A DNA stretch of 63,530 nucleotides, counting the filler. It is 5 parts of 5 records of this genome, joined end to end, with 100 filler letters (N's around TTAATTAATTAA, not from the genome) between each part and the next. Parts side by side here need not be neighbours in the genome. Positions count along the whole stretch, not along the records: positions 1 to 25,909 come from SRR20825019_951; positions 26,010 to 39,783 come from SRR20825019_953; 3 more parts are not named here. One strand, 5' to 3'. Both the position numbers and the translations under genes were made by a program. Position 1 is the stretch's first letter; each line of letters starts with the position of its first letter. The notes beneath the pieces are model-generated. The model saw nothing but the letters and a program-made list of their open reading frames with translations, searched no databases and was not told the origin of the DNA. Shown here piece by piece: positions 24,701 through 34,240 of this stretch.

Positions 24701-25561
24701 TACCCTGAAATTTCATAGAGAAGCATTTGACGCGCCTCATTAGATTGTCTGTGCGACCTAATCTTGTCGTACCAGTGATACTCTTCGCTTCGGGATCAGA
24801 GCTTGACTTTGAGGGCGATAAGAATCCTTACCTGGATCGTCCTCTACAACAAGCTCCTCCACAAACCCATGCATATGAATAATACTGTATCCATATGGTA
24901 TCGAACGAGCTTGAAATGACTGTATGAATAACATTTTACAACAGAGGCCAACACCTTACTTGTGAAAAAAGATATTCCCGCAGAGGTATCTTTGAAAGGA
25001 TTGACATCATTGAAGAAGTCCAACTTAACGACCACATTCAATTCTCCTCTCGTACCTATTAGAAACACCGCGCCATTAATACTGTGACCCTAGACCACAG
25101 AGCATCAAATACCCTTCAACGTATCGAAAATAGGAATCCAACCAGCAATTTGAGATACGCCGTCTCGAAGAAGTGGGTTCAAGTCAATTAGGACATTGCC
25201 AATGATATCATCTGTTGAAATTACATCGAAATCCCAGACCCTGGCCACAGTTAGAAAACAAGTAGACGAAATAGAGGAAGCTTAACTTACTCAATTTCTA
25301 AAGGATCATCTTGCAACACTCGATCGTCAGCAACCTCGAATCTGCACTCCTCGTTCCAAACAGGATTTAACGTCTTCGGTGCAATATTCGTCCGGTGCGA
25401 AGGACACTCAGCAAACTTCACCTGTTTTTACATGTCAGCATATACCTATCAACCATTGAGAAAATTTATACTATAACATAGGCATCGGTGAGTTCGCTTC
25501 GTGTGTCCATTACTGGTAAGTCACGCCCTCCTAAAATTCGGACTTTGATAAAGGAAGGCAT
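21732..25561 (-). CDS. C2CD5: C2 domain-containing protein 5 homologue (multi-exon; 3' end approximate)
   Basis: Start MPSFIKVRILGGRDLPVMDTRSELTDAYV; TLNPVWNE.CRFEVADD..LQDDPL; ISGWIPIFDTL; RIGGVVSAKSIKLL...RDSWWNELREEIRSHA; CGVCKEKYVPEILLAT; PFLEYDLH..L..KLRVRGLNAAFGL. Confidence 0.88.
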
Positions 25562-25909
25562 CCTTGGATGTGTGAGGCAAAGTGGTGAAGCTAACGGGAA
25601 TCGTGACTGCCGATACACTTATCGGTGGGCTTTCGAGGGACGTAGGTATCATACGACAAGACTGAGTCCGGCATCCGAGGCGTCGCCTGGCCCGGGGGGG
25701 GGCGCGCCACGGCATGCGGCGTTGGCGCAGCTGATCACCCAGCGTCTCCGCCGACCCGGCGGGGCCGGCCGGACCGGACGACTGAGGCCGGAGCCCAGCC
25801 GGAGGACGGCAGCCCGGCCGAGCAGCCGGAGCCGCCGAGCGCCGGATGCCAGCGGGCCGGGGCCATGGAGCCCGGTGGCGGAGGGGGGCCGGGGGGGGGG
25901 GGGGGGGGG

Positions 25910-26009
25910 NNNNNNNNNNNNNNNNNNNNNNNNNNNNNNNNNNNNNNNNNNNNTTAATTAATTAANNNNNNNNNNNNNNNNNNNNNNNNNNNNNNNNNNN
26001 NNNNNNNNN
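25910..26009. other. Artificial contig linker
   Basis: N run + TTAATTAATTAA (stops in all six frames) + N run. Confidence 0.99.
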
Positions 26010-26108
26010 TTCGATCAGTTTGCGAAAACTGGAATGGTCCCCAAATGTAAATCGGCCATTCAGTTCGACCTTGATCGTGTCGCCGGATTTTTCGGTGGTG
26101 TAATTCAA
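26010..26108 (-). CDS. STAS-domain anti-sigma factor antagonist, 5' part (truncated by contig end)
   Basis: GGAG RBS then TTG start: MNYTTEKSGDTIKVELNGRFTFGDHSSFRKLI, matching the STAS-type GRF.F..H..FR start. Confidence 0.75.
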
Positions 26109-26265
26109 GCCGTGATACTCCCGGATGCGAGCAATGTTACTGAAACTATGCCTTTTTTAACCAAAAGCTGATTTCTATGAGATAACGAATCAGCTGACTA
26201 GAGGTTAGCAGTTGTGCATGTAATGTCACTATCGGTATGGTTCCGGTAGATGAATAGATCGGGAC

Positions 26266-27870
26266 GTGAACGGCAAAATGCCAGAACAGGCACGCATTAT
26301 CGTTGTCGAAGACACGCTGTCGCTTGCGCGGGTGTATCAGGACTACTTGCGCGCGGATGGCCACAAGGTCGAGCATGTCGTCACTGGTCGTGATGCTATT
26401 CAAAGACTGCGAAATGATCCGCCTGACGTTCTGGTTCTTGATCTTATCCTGCCGGACATGGATGGGCGTGATGTTCTGCGCGCCGCCCATCAGGCCGCAC
26501 CGGAATGCAAGGTGGTTGTGATTACCGCCCACGGTTCGGTCAATGTCGCGGTCGAGGCGATGCGTGACGGGGCTTGGGATTTTCTTCTGAAGCCTTTTAC
26601 CGCCGACAAGCTTCGGATCACGGTCAGTGATGCCTTGGAAGGCCGGTCTGCGATCAGTCATGCGGTCCAAAAATCTGATGGCGTCGATACCGTCGACGAG
26701 ATGTATTTTGACATCATCGGCGCGTCGGACACGATGCATGATATCTATCGTATCATTGAAAATGCGGCCCCCAGTCGGGCAACGGTTTTCATTACTGGTG
26801 AGTCAGGGACCGGTAAGGAACTTGCGGCAGAAGCCATTCACCGTCGGTCCGAGCGGGTTAACGAGCCGTTTATTCCTCTAAACTGTGGTGCGATCCCCAA
26901 AGACCTGATGGAAAGCGAGATTTTCGGTCACGTCAAAGGCGCGTTCACCGGTGCCGTAATCGACCGCGAAGGGGCCGCACACCGGGCCGATGGCGGGACC
27001 CTTTTTCTGGATGAAATATGCGAGATGGATCTGGATCTGCAGACCAAGCTTTTAAGGTTCATTCAGACTGGTACATTCCAGAAAGTCGGTGGCAGTTCGA
27101 TTGAAAGCGTGGATGTAAGGTTTGTTTGTGCAACAAACCGTGATCCGCTTGAAGAAGTGCGTGCCGGGCGTTTCCGAGAAGATCTGTATTACCGTCTTCA
27201 TGTGATTCCGCTTCACATGCCGCCCTTACGTGATCGCGATGACGATATCCTGCAGATCGCCAATTTCTATCTGCAACGCTTTACCCGAGAAGAAGGGCGC
27301 GATTTTCAACGCTTCAGCCCCGATGTCGCCGCCCTGTTTGCGCGCTATGCCTGGCCGGGCAACATTCGTCAGCTTCAGAACATCATCCGCAACATTGTCG
27401 TTCTGAATAATGGCACCGAAGTCACCATGTCGATGGTGCCCCGACCGGTTAACAGCGGCACGGACGACGAACGTTTTGGGTCGGAATCCATCGAAGCACC
27501 TCCGCCTCATCCGGTCGTCTCAAACGGGTTGGAGGATGCCGGTCGATTTTGGGAAGGGGACCCGGATGCGTTGGCCTTTTTGGCCGGTGCGCGCAACCTG
27601 CGCGACGGGGTGGAACCAAAGCATATGGATATGGCCCCTGCCATGATTGGCGCGAATGGCCGGTTTGGCATTGCACCGATGCCAACCGGTTTGCCGATAG
27701 ACAGCAGCTATGCCGGGATCAAGCCGCTTTGGCTGGTGGAAAAGCAGGCGATTGAAGAAGCAATTGTGCGATGCGGTGGATCGATCCCGCGTGCAGCGGA
27801 TGCCCTGGGCGTCAGTCCATCGACGATTTATCGCAAGAAACAGGCGTGGGAAGAAAACGGGGCGAAATAG
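26266..27870 (+). CDS. luxO: Sigma54-dependent response regulator (REC-AAA+-HTH), LuxO-like
   Basis: REC (VVEDT, LDLILPDMDG); Walker A GESGTGKE; GAFTGA; FLDEICEMDLDLQTKLLRFIQTGTFQKVG; C-terminal PLWLVEKQAIEEAI...IPRAADALGVSPSTIYRK, close to Vibrio LuxO as I recall it. Confidence 0.85.
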   Translation: MNGKMPEQARIIVVEDTLSLARVYQDYLRADGHKVEHVVTGRDAIQRLRNDPPDVLVLDLILPDMDGRDVLRAAHQAAPECKVVVITAHGSVNVAVEAMRDGAWDFLLKPFTADKLRITVSDALEGRSAISHAVQKSDGVDTVDEMYFDIIGASDTMHDIYRIIENAAPSRATVFITGESGTGKELAAEAIHRRSERVNEPFIPLNCGAIPKDLMESEIFGHVKGAFTGAVIDREGAAHRADGGTLFLDEICEMDLDLQTKLLRFIQTGTFQKVGGSSIESVDVRFVCATNRDPLEEVRAGRFREDLYYRLHVIPLHMPPLRDRDDDILQIANFYLQRFTREEGRDFQRFSPDVAALFARYAWPGNIRQLQNIIRNIVVLNNGTEVTMSMVPRPVNSGTDDERFGSESIEAPPPHPVVSNGLEDAGRFWEGDPDALAFLAGARNLRDGVEPKHMDMAPAMIGANGRFGIAPMPTGLPIDSSYAGIKPLWLVEKQAIEEAIVRCGGSIPRAADALGVSPSTIYRKKQAWEENGAK

Positions 27871-27882
27871 ACAAGGCAGCTT

Positions 27883-28938
27883 TTAAAGGCCCGCCAGCGC
27901 CTTTTCCAGCCTGATCCAGTCCTTTTCCGTGCCCGGCAGACCAAACCGGACACGGTCAGCATGATCATCAAACAACCGGACCAGAATGCCCTGCGTGCCC
28001 AGATGGTGCGCAAGCTTTGCGGCATTCTTGCCGTGATATAGCCGAAACAGTATGGTGCCGCCGATCCGTTCCAGATCGGTCAGGCTGGCAATCAGATTAT
28101 CAAGGCGGTTTGCATCAATCGACAACTGTTGGCGCATATCGGTTTGCCATACCCGATCTTCAAATGCCGCCCGCGCGATGGTTAGTGCCGGACCCGCGAT
28201 AGCCCATGGACCGATCCGGTCGGTTAGATCAGCGGCCAGTTCCGGGGGCATGACGGCACATCCAAGACGTAATCCTGCAAGGCCGAAAAACTTGCCAAAT
28301 GAACGCAGGACAATCATGTGTTCGAATTTATGGCATTGTCTGCAAATGCTGTATTCCGGGCTGCAATCCATAAAGGCCTCGTCAATCAGAAGCCATTTGC
28401 CATGTTCTGTTGCCATTTCGGCAAGTTCTGTCAGGGTGGTCTGGTCTATCAGGCCGCCATCGGGATTGTTCGGATTAACCAGAATGACAATGTCATCGCG
28501 GCCACCAGGGGATTGCAGGATATCGGCCATGTTCGATACCCGGTTTTCCGGTGTTGTTGTGACGGTTTCCGTTCTGAACCCCGCACGTTTCCAGCCCAGT
28601 GCATGTTCGGCATATGTCGGGCCGATAATGTGAACGGTTGCGGTTCTGCCCTGATCGGCAAACCAGAAGGGAATGGTCTGGATCAATGCCTGCGTTCCCG
28701 GCGCACAGGCAATCTGGTTGGGATGTGAAATGCCGTAATAGTCCGCTGCGGCCTGTTTCAGGGCGTCCAGTTCACTTGCCAGCGGCAATCGTTGCCAATG
28801 GATGGCATCAATCGCTGCGATTGGCCAGGCGGTTGCATTGATCCCCGTCGACAGATCAAGCCAGTCCGGTGCGGCAATGCCGTATTTTTCGGCCGCCGCA
28901 TCGATAGCGCCACCATGGGATGGGGATTGCAGGATCAT
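27883..28938 (-). CDS. cobC: Threonine-phosphate decarboxylase CobC/CobD (PLP-dependent, cobalamin synthesis)
   Basis: HGG...WLDLSTGIN, APGTQALIQ, VNPNNPDG, IDEAFMD, LRSFGKFFGLAGLRLG, RFGLP. Confidence 0.9.
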   Translation of the reverse strand: MILQSPSHGGAIDAAAEKYGIAAPDWLDLSTGINATAWPIAAIDAIHWQRLPLASELDALKQAAADYYGISHPNQIACAPGTQALIQTIPFWFADQGRTATVHIIGPTYAEHALGWKRAGFRTETVTTTPENRVSNMADILQSPGGRDDIVILVNPNNPDGGLIDQTTLTELAEMATEHGKWLLIDEAFMDCSPEYSICRQCHKFEHMIVLRSFGKFFGLAGLRLGCAVMPPELAADLTDRIGPWAIAGPALTIARAAFEDRVWQTDMRQQLSIDANRLDNLIASLTDLERIGGTILFRLYHGKNAAKLAHHLGTQGILVRLFDDHADRVRFGLPGTEKDWIRLEKALAGL

Positions 28939-29086
28939 GAATGTGCCTTTGGCCCGAAATGGGGATACAGAGCGGTGAAACAGAATGCTATCTGCGTAAC
29001 GCGTGACAGGATCGGGCGCAAGTCGGACTTGCGCGGCAGCAGGTGACTTCGTATCGTCCGCCAGACCCTGCATTGGATTTTCCGAC

Positions 29087-29971
29087 ATGATGACTGCGTT
29101 TCAGGCCTGCCAACGTGAAAGTTGGCTTTCGATCAACCCGCAACTGACAATTTCCGCCGCCGGTGCGGGGATCTGTGATGTGCCGTCGGTCGGTTATGAC
29201 AAGGGCGGATTTGACGGTTCGGCGCATTCCGACCGGTTCTGGCAGGATGGATATTTCCTGATTGATGATCTGTTGCCTGTTGAAAGTCTGGCGCAATTGC
29301 GCACCGGGATTGAAACATTGGTGGTCAACGGTTTGCCGCCAGCGATGATCTATCTGTATGACGAGGCATGGCAGATTTTCATGCGGCTTCGCCCGTTGCT
29401 GACCCATTTTCTGGGGGATCGGGTAAAGCTGCTTCCGCATTTCTGGGCATGGCACGTCGATCCGGGGCAGGGCGGGCGCGGGTGGCCGCCGCATCGCGAT
29501 TATCAGGGGGAAAGTGTTATTGGCGATGACATGCTGATCAGCCTGTCACTTTGGGTGCCACTGGGCGTTGCAAGCCCCGACAACGGCTGTATGTACGTAT
29601 TGCCGCGTTCATTTGAAAAGTGTTATCCTTGCCCTGTTGCTAAACCGGAAGATGTTGTTTTGCAAGATGTTCGGGCACTACCCGCGAGACCGGGGACCGT
29701 GATGGGCTGGCGGCAGGACTTGTATCATTGGGGTGGGCGCGCCAGTGCCTTTGCCACCGAACCAAGGATCAGTCTGTCGCTTGAATTTCAGAATGCAGCA
29801 TTTGATCCCCTGGCGGATCGTCTGCTTGATCTGGACCAGCCACCGGCGTTTCATGAACGGCTTGAACTGATCGTGCAGCAATTTGCGAAATACCGGCATA
29901 TGCAATCGATGGACGACGATACCCTGCGATGGGCAAACAGCATTAATGCCGAACTGTCAGGTTGGGCATGA
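29087..29971 (+). CDS. Phytanoyl-CoA dioxygenase-family Fe(II)/2-oxoglutarate enzyme (start uncertain)
   Basis: F.QDGY, WPPHRD (HxD), SLWVPL...DNGCMYVLP, distal HWG, RISLSLEF. Confidence 0.8.
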   Translation: MMTAFQACQRESWLSINPQLTISAAGAGICDVPSVGYDKGGFDGSAHSDRFWQDGYFLIDDLLPVESLAQLRTGIETLVVNGLPPAMIYLYDEAWQIFMRLRPLLTHFLGDRVKLLPHFWAWHVDPGQGGRGWPPHRDYQGESVIGDDMLISLSLWVPLGVASPDNGCMYVLPRSFEKCYPCPVAKPEDVVLQDVRALPARPGTVMGWRQDLYHWGGRASAFATEPRISLSLEFQNAAFDPLADRLLDLDQPPAFHERLELIVQQFAKYRHMQSMDDDTLRWANSINAELSGWA

Positions 29972-30053
29972 CAAAAGCCCTGCATCGCGTTCCAGATGCC
30001 GGAATGGCACGCTAACAACGGTCAAAAAGACCAGAACCGGGGTCGATGCCAAT

Positions 30054-32534
30054 ATGCCAAAAATGCTGAGCCTTCCTGGTGTCGTATTTCTTGCCTTCTG
30101 TGCCATCGCTCCTGTGTTTCTGCTTTTCTCGTCGCTTGATGACGATCTGGTGTCGGGCATTACCGTTTCGGTTCTGGTGGTCGTGGAATTCATCGCGCTG
30201 CTGTCGATGTGCATTGGCTGGATCCTGTTCGACATCACCAAGCGCAAGCAGATTTTCTATTTGGCGGCCGCGATGGGGGTGCTGCTGATCAGCGACCTTT
30301 TGGGTATTCCCAACCTTCTTGCGGCCCGCAGCGTGTTGGGGCAGGAACAGGCACTTGGTTCCTTTACCGGCCTTCTGGTTCTTGTGTTACGACTGGGCTC
30401 TTTCTGGCTGGTTGTCATGAGCTGGCATGTCGCAAACCGTCATGAAAGCCGTCAGGGTACTGATCAGGTGTGGGCAATGGTGCCCGGGCTGATCATCGCC
30501 GGTGTCGCGGTTCAGGCATTTCTGGTCTGGGTCATGCCCGGTGTTTCAAGCGATGTCAGCGGGGCATTGCAAAATATCAGCACGCTTATCCTGTTTCCGA
30601 CGACAATCATGATTTTTGCCGGGGCGGCGGGGTATCTGGTGCGGTGCCATTACCGGTTTTCCCTTTCCGAAAGCCTGATCTGTTTCACGCTGCTGATTGG
30701 CTGCTTCAATCATCTGGCATTTTTCGTATTCGGTCCGGAACACGCCGATATTGTCGCGCGCTTCATCATTCCATCGCGCCTGATCAGTTACAGTTTTGCC
30801 CTGGCTTTCATGTTGCTGGAATTGCGCAGCCATTATCGACAGTCATTTCAGGCAAGTTCGGCCAAAAGCGAATTTCTGGCGACCATGAGCCACGAAATCA
30901 GAACGCCGTTAAATGGCATTCTGGGCATGGCGCAATTGTTGCGGCAAAGTCAGCTTGACGATGCGCAAAAGGAACGGGTCAGTGCGATCTTGTCATCCGG
31001 GCGGGCGCTGATGGCGCTTTTGAACGATATCCTTGATATGAGCAAGATCGAGGCCGGTCGGGTCGAGTTGGAAAAACGCCCCTTTCACCCATCCGACATT
31101 ACCTATGATCTGTTTCGTGCGATTGCCGACATGGCACGCGAAAAGAACCTTTCCCTGCATTGTGATGATGCGCCGTTGGCAACAAGGGTGTTTACCGGTG
31201 ATGAAGTCCGGTTTCGCCAGATACTGTGGAACCTGTTGTCAAATGCAGTGAAATTCACCCGGAAGGGATCGGTAAGGTTGGAAGTCACCCGGGAGGAAAA
31301 TGTACCGGAACGGGTGCGCGACCTGATTGCGGATGAGGAAGTTTACCATTTTGCCGTTATCGATACCGGCATCGGAATTCCGCGGGATCGTCAGGAACAG
31401 ATATTTTCCCCCTTTAGCCAGGCCGACAATTCCACCATGCGGCAATATGGTGGAACGGGGCTTGGTCTTTCGATTGCACGCAGTCTGACGGAATTGATGG
31501 GCGGCTTCATGAAGGTCGATAGTACCGAGGGCAAGGGAACGCGATTTGATGTGTGGCTGCCGTTTGAAGCCCGCCGATCGGAACGGCATGAGCATGGGGG
31601 CGGCCAGATTGCCGAGAGCAGAGGTGACAGTGTTCTTTCGGGTAGTCGCATTCTTGTTGCCGAGGATAACGAGATTAATGCCAACGTGATCCGGGGCCTG
31701 TTGCTGCGATATGGATTGGTTGTCGATATCGTCCCCAATGGTCGCCAGGCCGTGCATGCCTTCCAGCAGAATGACTATGATGCGATCCTGATGGATGCCC
31801 ATATGCCGGTTCTGGATGGTGAGGGGGCGACCCGCCATATCCGTGAACTGGAACGTGTCACCAGAGGTGGACGTGTTCCGATCATTTGTGTAACGGCCGA
31901 AGCATTCAGTGATCGCCATCGTGATTTTCTGGCGGCGGGCATGGACGAGGTTATGACTAAGCCTGTCGAAGAACGCAGGCTTTACGGTGTTCTGTTACGC
32001 TTCCTGAGAAACCGTGGCGGCGGGTATTCTGTAACATCCGGTTTGCAGGTTAAAGATGCCGATATGGAAGTGAACCTGCCCGACGCCTTGCCCGTAGATA
32101 GTCCGGCGCGAACGGTTAACAGTGATAACGCAACGGGAGACACAAAACCCGTGCCCGAGCCGGCTAAAGCAAACATATCTGCCAAAGAGACCAAAATGAA
32201 TCTGATCGACAAAATACGTTTCGAGGAAATGAGTCGTGCCTTGGGTGCAGATCAGATGGCCAGCCTGATTGACCTGCTGCCGGCGTCCTATCAGGAAGAA
32301 CGCGAAAAGATCATCGCAGCAATTGCCGATGGTGACCGCGAAAGCCTTCGCCGTGCGGCACACACGATCAAGGGAATGGCGGCAAACCTTGCGGCAGAAA
32401 AGCTGGCGGTCGATGCCCGCCAGTTGGAACTTTATGAAGGCGACTTTGATGGGGCGATCCATGATCGGATTGCCAAACTGGATCGTCTTGCCGAAGACAC
32501 GGCAGATGCCATGCGCAAGGCATTGCAGGACTGA
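30054..32534 (+). CDS. Membrane-bound hybrid sensor histidine kinase (multi-TM, HisKA, HATPase, REC, Hpt)
   Basis: FLATMSHEIRTPLNGILG, NLLSNAVKFT, DTGIGI, GGTGLGL, LVAEDN...LMDAHMPVLDG, Hpt AHTIKGMAANL. Confidence 0.93.
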   Translation: MPKMLSLPGVVFLAFCAIAPVFLLFSSLDDDLVSGITVSVLVVVEFIALLSMCIGWILFDITKRKQIFYLAAAMGVLLISDLLGIPNLLAARSVLGQEQALGSFTGLLVLVLRLGSFWLVVMSWHVANRHESRQGTDQVWAMVPGLIIAGVAVQAFLVWVMPGVSSDVSGALQNISTLILFPTTIMIFAGAAGYLVRCHYRFSLSESLICFTLLIGCFNHLAFFVFGPEHADIVARFIIPSRLISYSFALAFMLLELRSHYRQSFQASSAKSEFLATMSHEIRTPLNGILGMAQLLRQSQLDDAQKERVSAILSSGRALMALLNDILDMSKIEAGRVELEKRPFHPSDITYDLFRAIADMAREKNLSLHCDDAPLATRVFTGDEVRFRQILWNLLSNAVKFTRKGSVRLEVTREENVPERVRDLIADEEVYHFAVIDTGIGIPRDRQEQIFSPFSQADNSTMRQYGGTGLGLSIARSLTELMGGFMKVDSTEGKGTRFDVWLPFEARRSERHEHGGGQIAESRGDSVLSGSRILVAEDNEINANVIRGLLLRYGLVVDIVPNGRQAVHAFQQNDYDAILMDAHMPVLDGEGATRHIRELERVTRGGRVPIICVTAEAFSDRHRDFLAAGMDEVMTKPVEERRLYGVLLRFLRNRGGGYSVTSGLQVKDADMEVNLPDALPVDSPARTVNSDNATGDTKPVPEPAKANISAKETKMNLIDKIRFEEMSRALGADQMASLIDLLPASYQEEREKIIAAIADGDRESLRRAAHTIKGMAANLAAEKLAVDARQLELYEGDFDGAIHDRIAKLDRLAEDTADAMRKALQD

Positions 32535-32549
32535 TAGCTGCAATACACG

Positions 32550-32582
32550 AAAAGGCCCGCTTCATATTCGAGCAGGCCTTTT
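32550..32582. terminator. Bidirectional intrinsic terminator
   Basis: AAAAGGCCcGCT...AGCaGGCCTTTT hairpin with A and T tracts, between convergent genes. Confidence 0.75.
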
Positions 32583-32602
32583 GTGGAAAACTGCTTTGTA
32601 TA

Positions 32603-33754
32603 TCAGCGCGTGACCAGGTCGAGTTGATGACGTGATATGGCTTCGTTGCCGGTTTCGGTAACAATCACCGAATGGCCGGGGCACATGGCGATGCCGCTTT
32701 CGCTGTCCATCAGGATCATATGCAGGAAGTAAACCATGCCCGGTTCGGCGATCACCGGATTGCCATGATAAAACATCGGCCAGTCCATCCAGTTCGGGGC
32801 AAAGGTCGTCCCCATTGAATAACCGCACGCGTTTAGACGGTGGGCTTTCATGCCGCCTGCATCGCAAACCCTGGCATAGGCATCGAATACCTTGCCGATT
32901 GGTTCGCCGGGTTTAAGCGCATCGCGGCAGGCGACCATGGCATCCGTTGCGACCTTGTGCATTTCAACGTGGCGCGATGTTGCCTTGCCGATTGGGATGG
33001 TGCGCATCATCGCAGCATGATAATGCCGATAGGCTCCTGCCCATTCCAGCGTGATCTGATCCGTGTCAGCCAGATGTTTGCGCCCGGTGAAGTAACGGCA
33101 AAGCAGTGCATCGCGTCCGGCACCGATAATGAATTCATTGCCGGGATAATCCCCGCCCCCTTTGAAAATAGCGCCCTGCATGGCGGCCAGTATGTCGCCT
33201 TCAAACGCACCTGCATGGACGGTTTCAAGGGCGGCATCCCATGCGTCATCGGCAAGACTGGCGGCGGTGCGGATATAATCGAGTTCCGCCGGGCTTTTGA
33301 CAACGCGCAGTTCCGATACCAGACGGGATGCGTCGGTAAGCGTGCAGAAACCGTCAAGTGCTGCATCAAGCTTTTTGCCATTGGCGGCGGTCAACCCATA
33401 GGCATCGTATTCAACGCCAAGTTTTTTGCCGCCACAGCCAAACTCTGCCAGCATGTCGCGCAGTTGCAATGCAGGGTTCACATCCGGGCCATCGACCCAG
33501 ATACGGATATCTTCGATGTCGGATGTATGTTGTGCCTGACGCAAGTCCGGTGCGCGGGTAATAAGGGCAATGCGGCCGTCAGCCCCCAGATACAGGCACT
33601 GGAAAAAGACATAACCGAACGTGTCATACCCCGTCAGATAGAACATGCTTTCCTGGCGGAACATCAGCAGGCCATCAAGACCGGCGGCTTCAAGACGTGC
33701 AACCGTTTTTGCGCGGCGGGCCGACAGTTCGGCGCGTTCAAAATGCAATGCCAT
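32603..33754 (-). CDS. Xaa-Pro peptidase family (M24) protein
   Basis: QESMFYLTGYDTFG, LRVVKSPAEL, YHAAMMRT, GYSMG, PGMVYFLH; creatinase/M24 layout. Confidence 0.88.
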   Translation of the reverse strand: MALHFERAELSARRAKTVARLEAAGLDGLLMFRQESMFYLTGYDTFGYVFFQCLYLGADGRIALITRAPDLRQAQHTSDIEDIRIWVDGPDVNPALQLRDMLAEFGCGGKKLGVEYDAYGLTAANGKKLDAALDGFCTLTDASRLVSELRVVKSPAELDYIRTAASLADDAWDAALETVHAGAFEGDILAAMQGAIFKGGGDYPGNEFIIGAGRDALLCRYFTGRKHLADTDQITLEWAGAYRHYHAAMMRTIPIGKATSRHVEMHKVATDAMVACRDALKPGEPIGKVFDAYARVCDAGGMKAHRLNACGYSMGTTFAPNWMDWPMFYHGNPVIAEPGMVYFLHMILMDSESGIAMCPGHSVIVTETGNEAISRHQLDLVTR

Positions 33755-33995
33755 GGGGGCTTCCCTGATTGTGATTGTTGATTTGCCAATGACGCTAACA
33801 AACTCCGTGAACACGAAATAGTAAAAAATACGATCCAATGATGTTTTGTTGATAAATTGCAATTGTTGGGCGGCGATCTTTCCGGGATTGTCGTTTCAGA
33901 TCATGATCTTACCGAAAGAAATCAGTAAATTTTGTTCGAAACCGTAGACATTTTTTCATTCCATCCCAAATGAAATGTAATGGCAGTGTCACAAA

Positions 33996-34011
33996 GGGCA
34001 TCGAAATTGCC
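33996..34011 (+). promoter_or_regulatory. Candidate sigma54 (-24/-12) promoter overlapped by an inverted repeat
   Basis: gGGCATCGAAATTGCc fits GG-N10-GC with GGCA and TTGC; it ends ~45 nt upstream of an ORF with an AGGAGG RBS. Confidence 0.5.
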
Positions 34012-34054
34012 CGATGCCAGTTCCGCTTAAGACCATCCCCCTCAGGAGGCAAAA

Positions 34055-34240
34055 GTGGCTAGCTATCAGAAATTTTCTGGAAATGCGCCGGCAACGTCAT
34101 CGCGAGAAAGACAGTTCGAACCGGCCTATGAAAAATGGCGGCGCGACGATCTTTATCACCTTGCCAAGCAGCACGGGATCGAGAATCGCGCGAGTATGTC
34201 GACCGACGAACTGGCCCGTGCGTTGCGCGATATTGGTTAG
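34055..34240 (+). CDS. Small protein with a Rho-termination-factor N-terminal-like helical motif
   Basis: AGGAGG RBS, GTG start; YEKWRRDDLYHLAKQHGIENRASMSTDELARALR. Confidence 0.7.
   Translation: MASYQKFSGNAPATSSRERQFEPAYEKWRRDDLYHLAKQHGIENRASMSTDELARALRDIG

Noticed and set aside
1500-25480. In-frame stops and frame changes in eukaryotic genes as pseudogenes or an alternative genetic code
   Set aside because: Where I checked, they are removed by canonical short GT-AG introns.
25883-25909. Poly-G run as a G-quadruplex or telomere-like element
   Set aside because: It lies at the contig end and is probably a sequencing/assembly artefact.
26109-26265. Qrr-like sRNA next to the luxO-like gene
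   Set aside because: I found no convincing sigma54 promoter or terminator hairpin in this short intergenic region.
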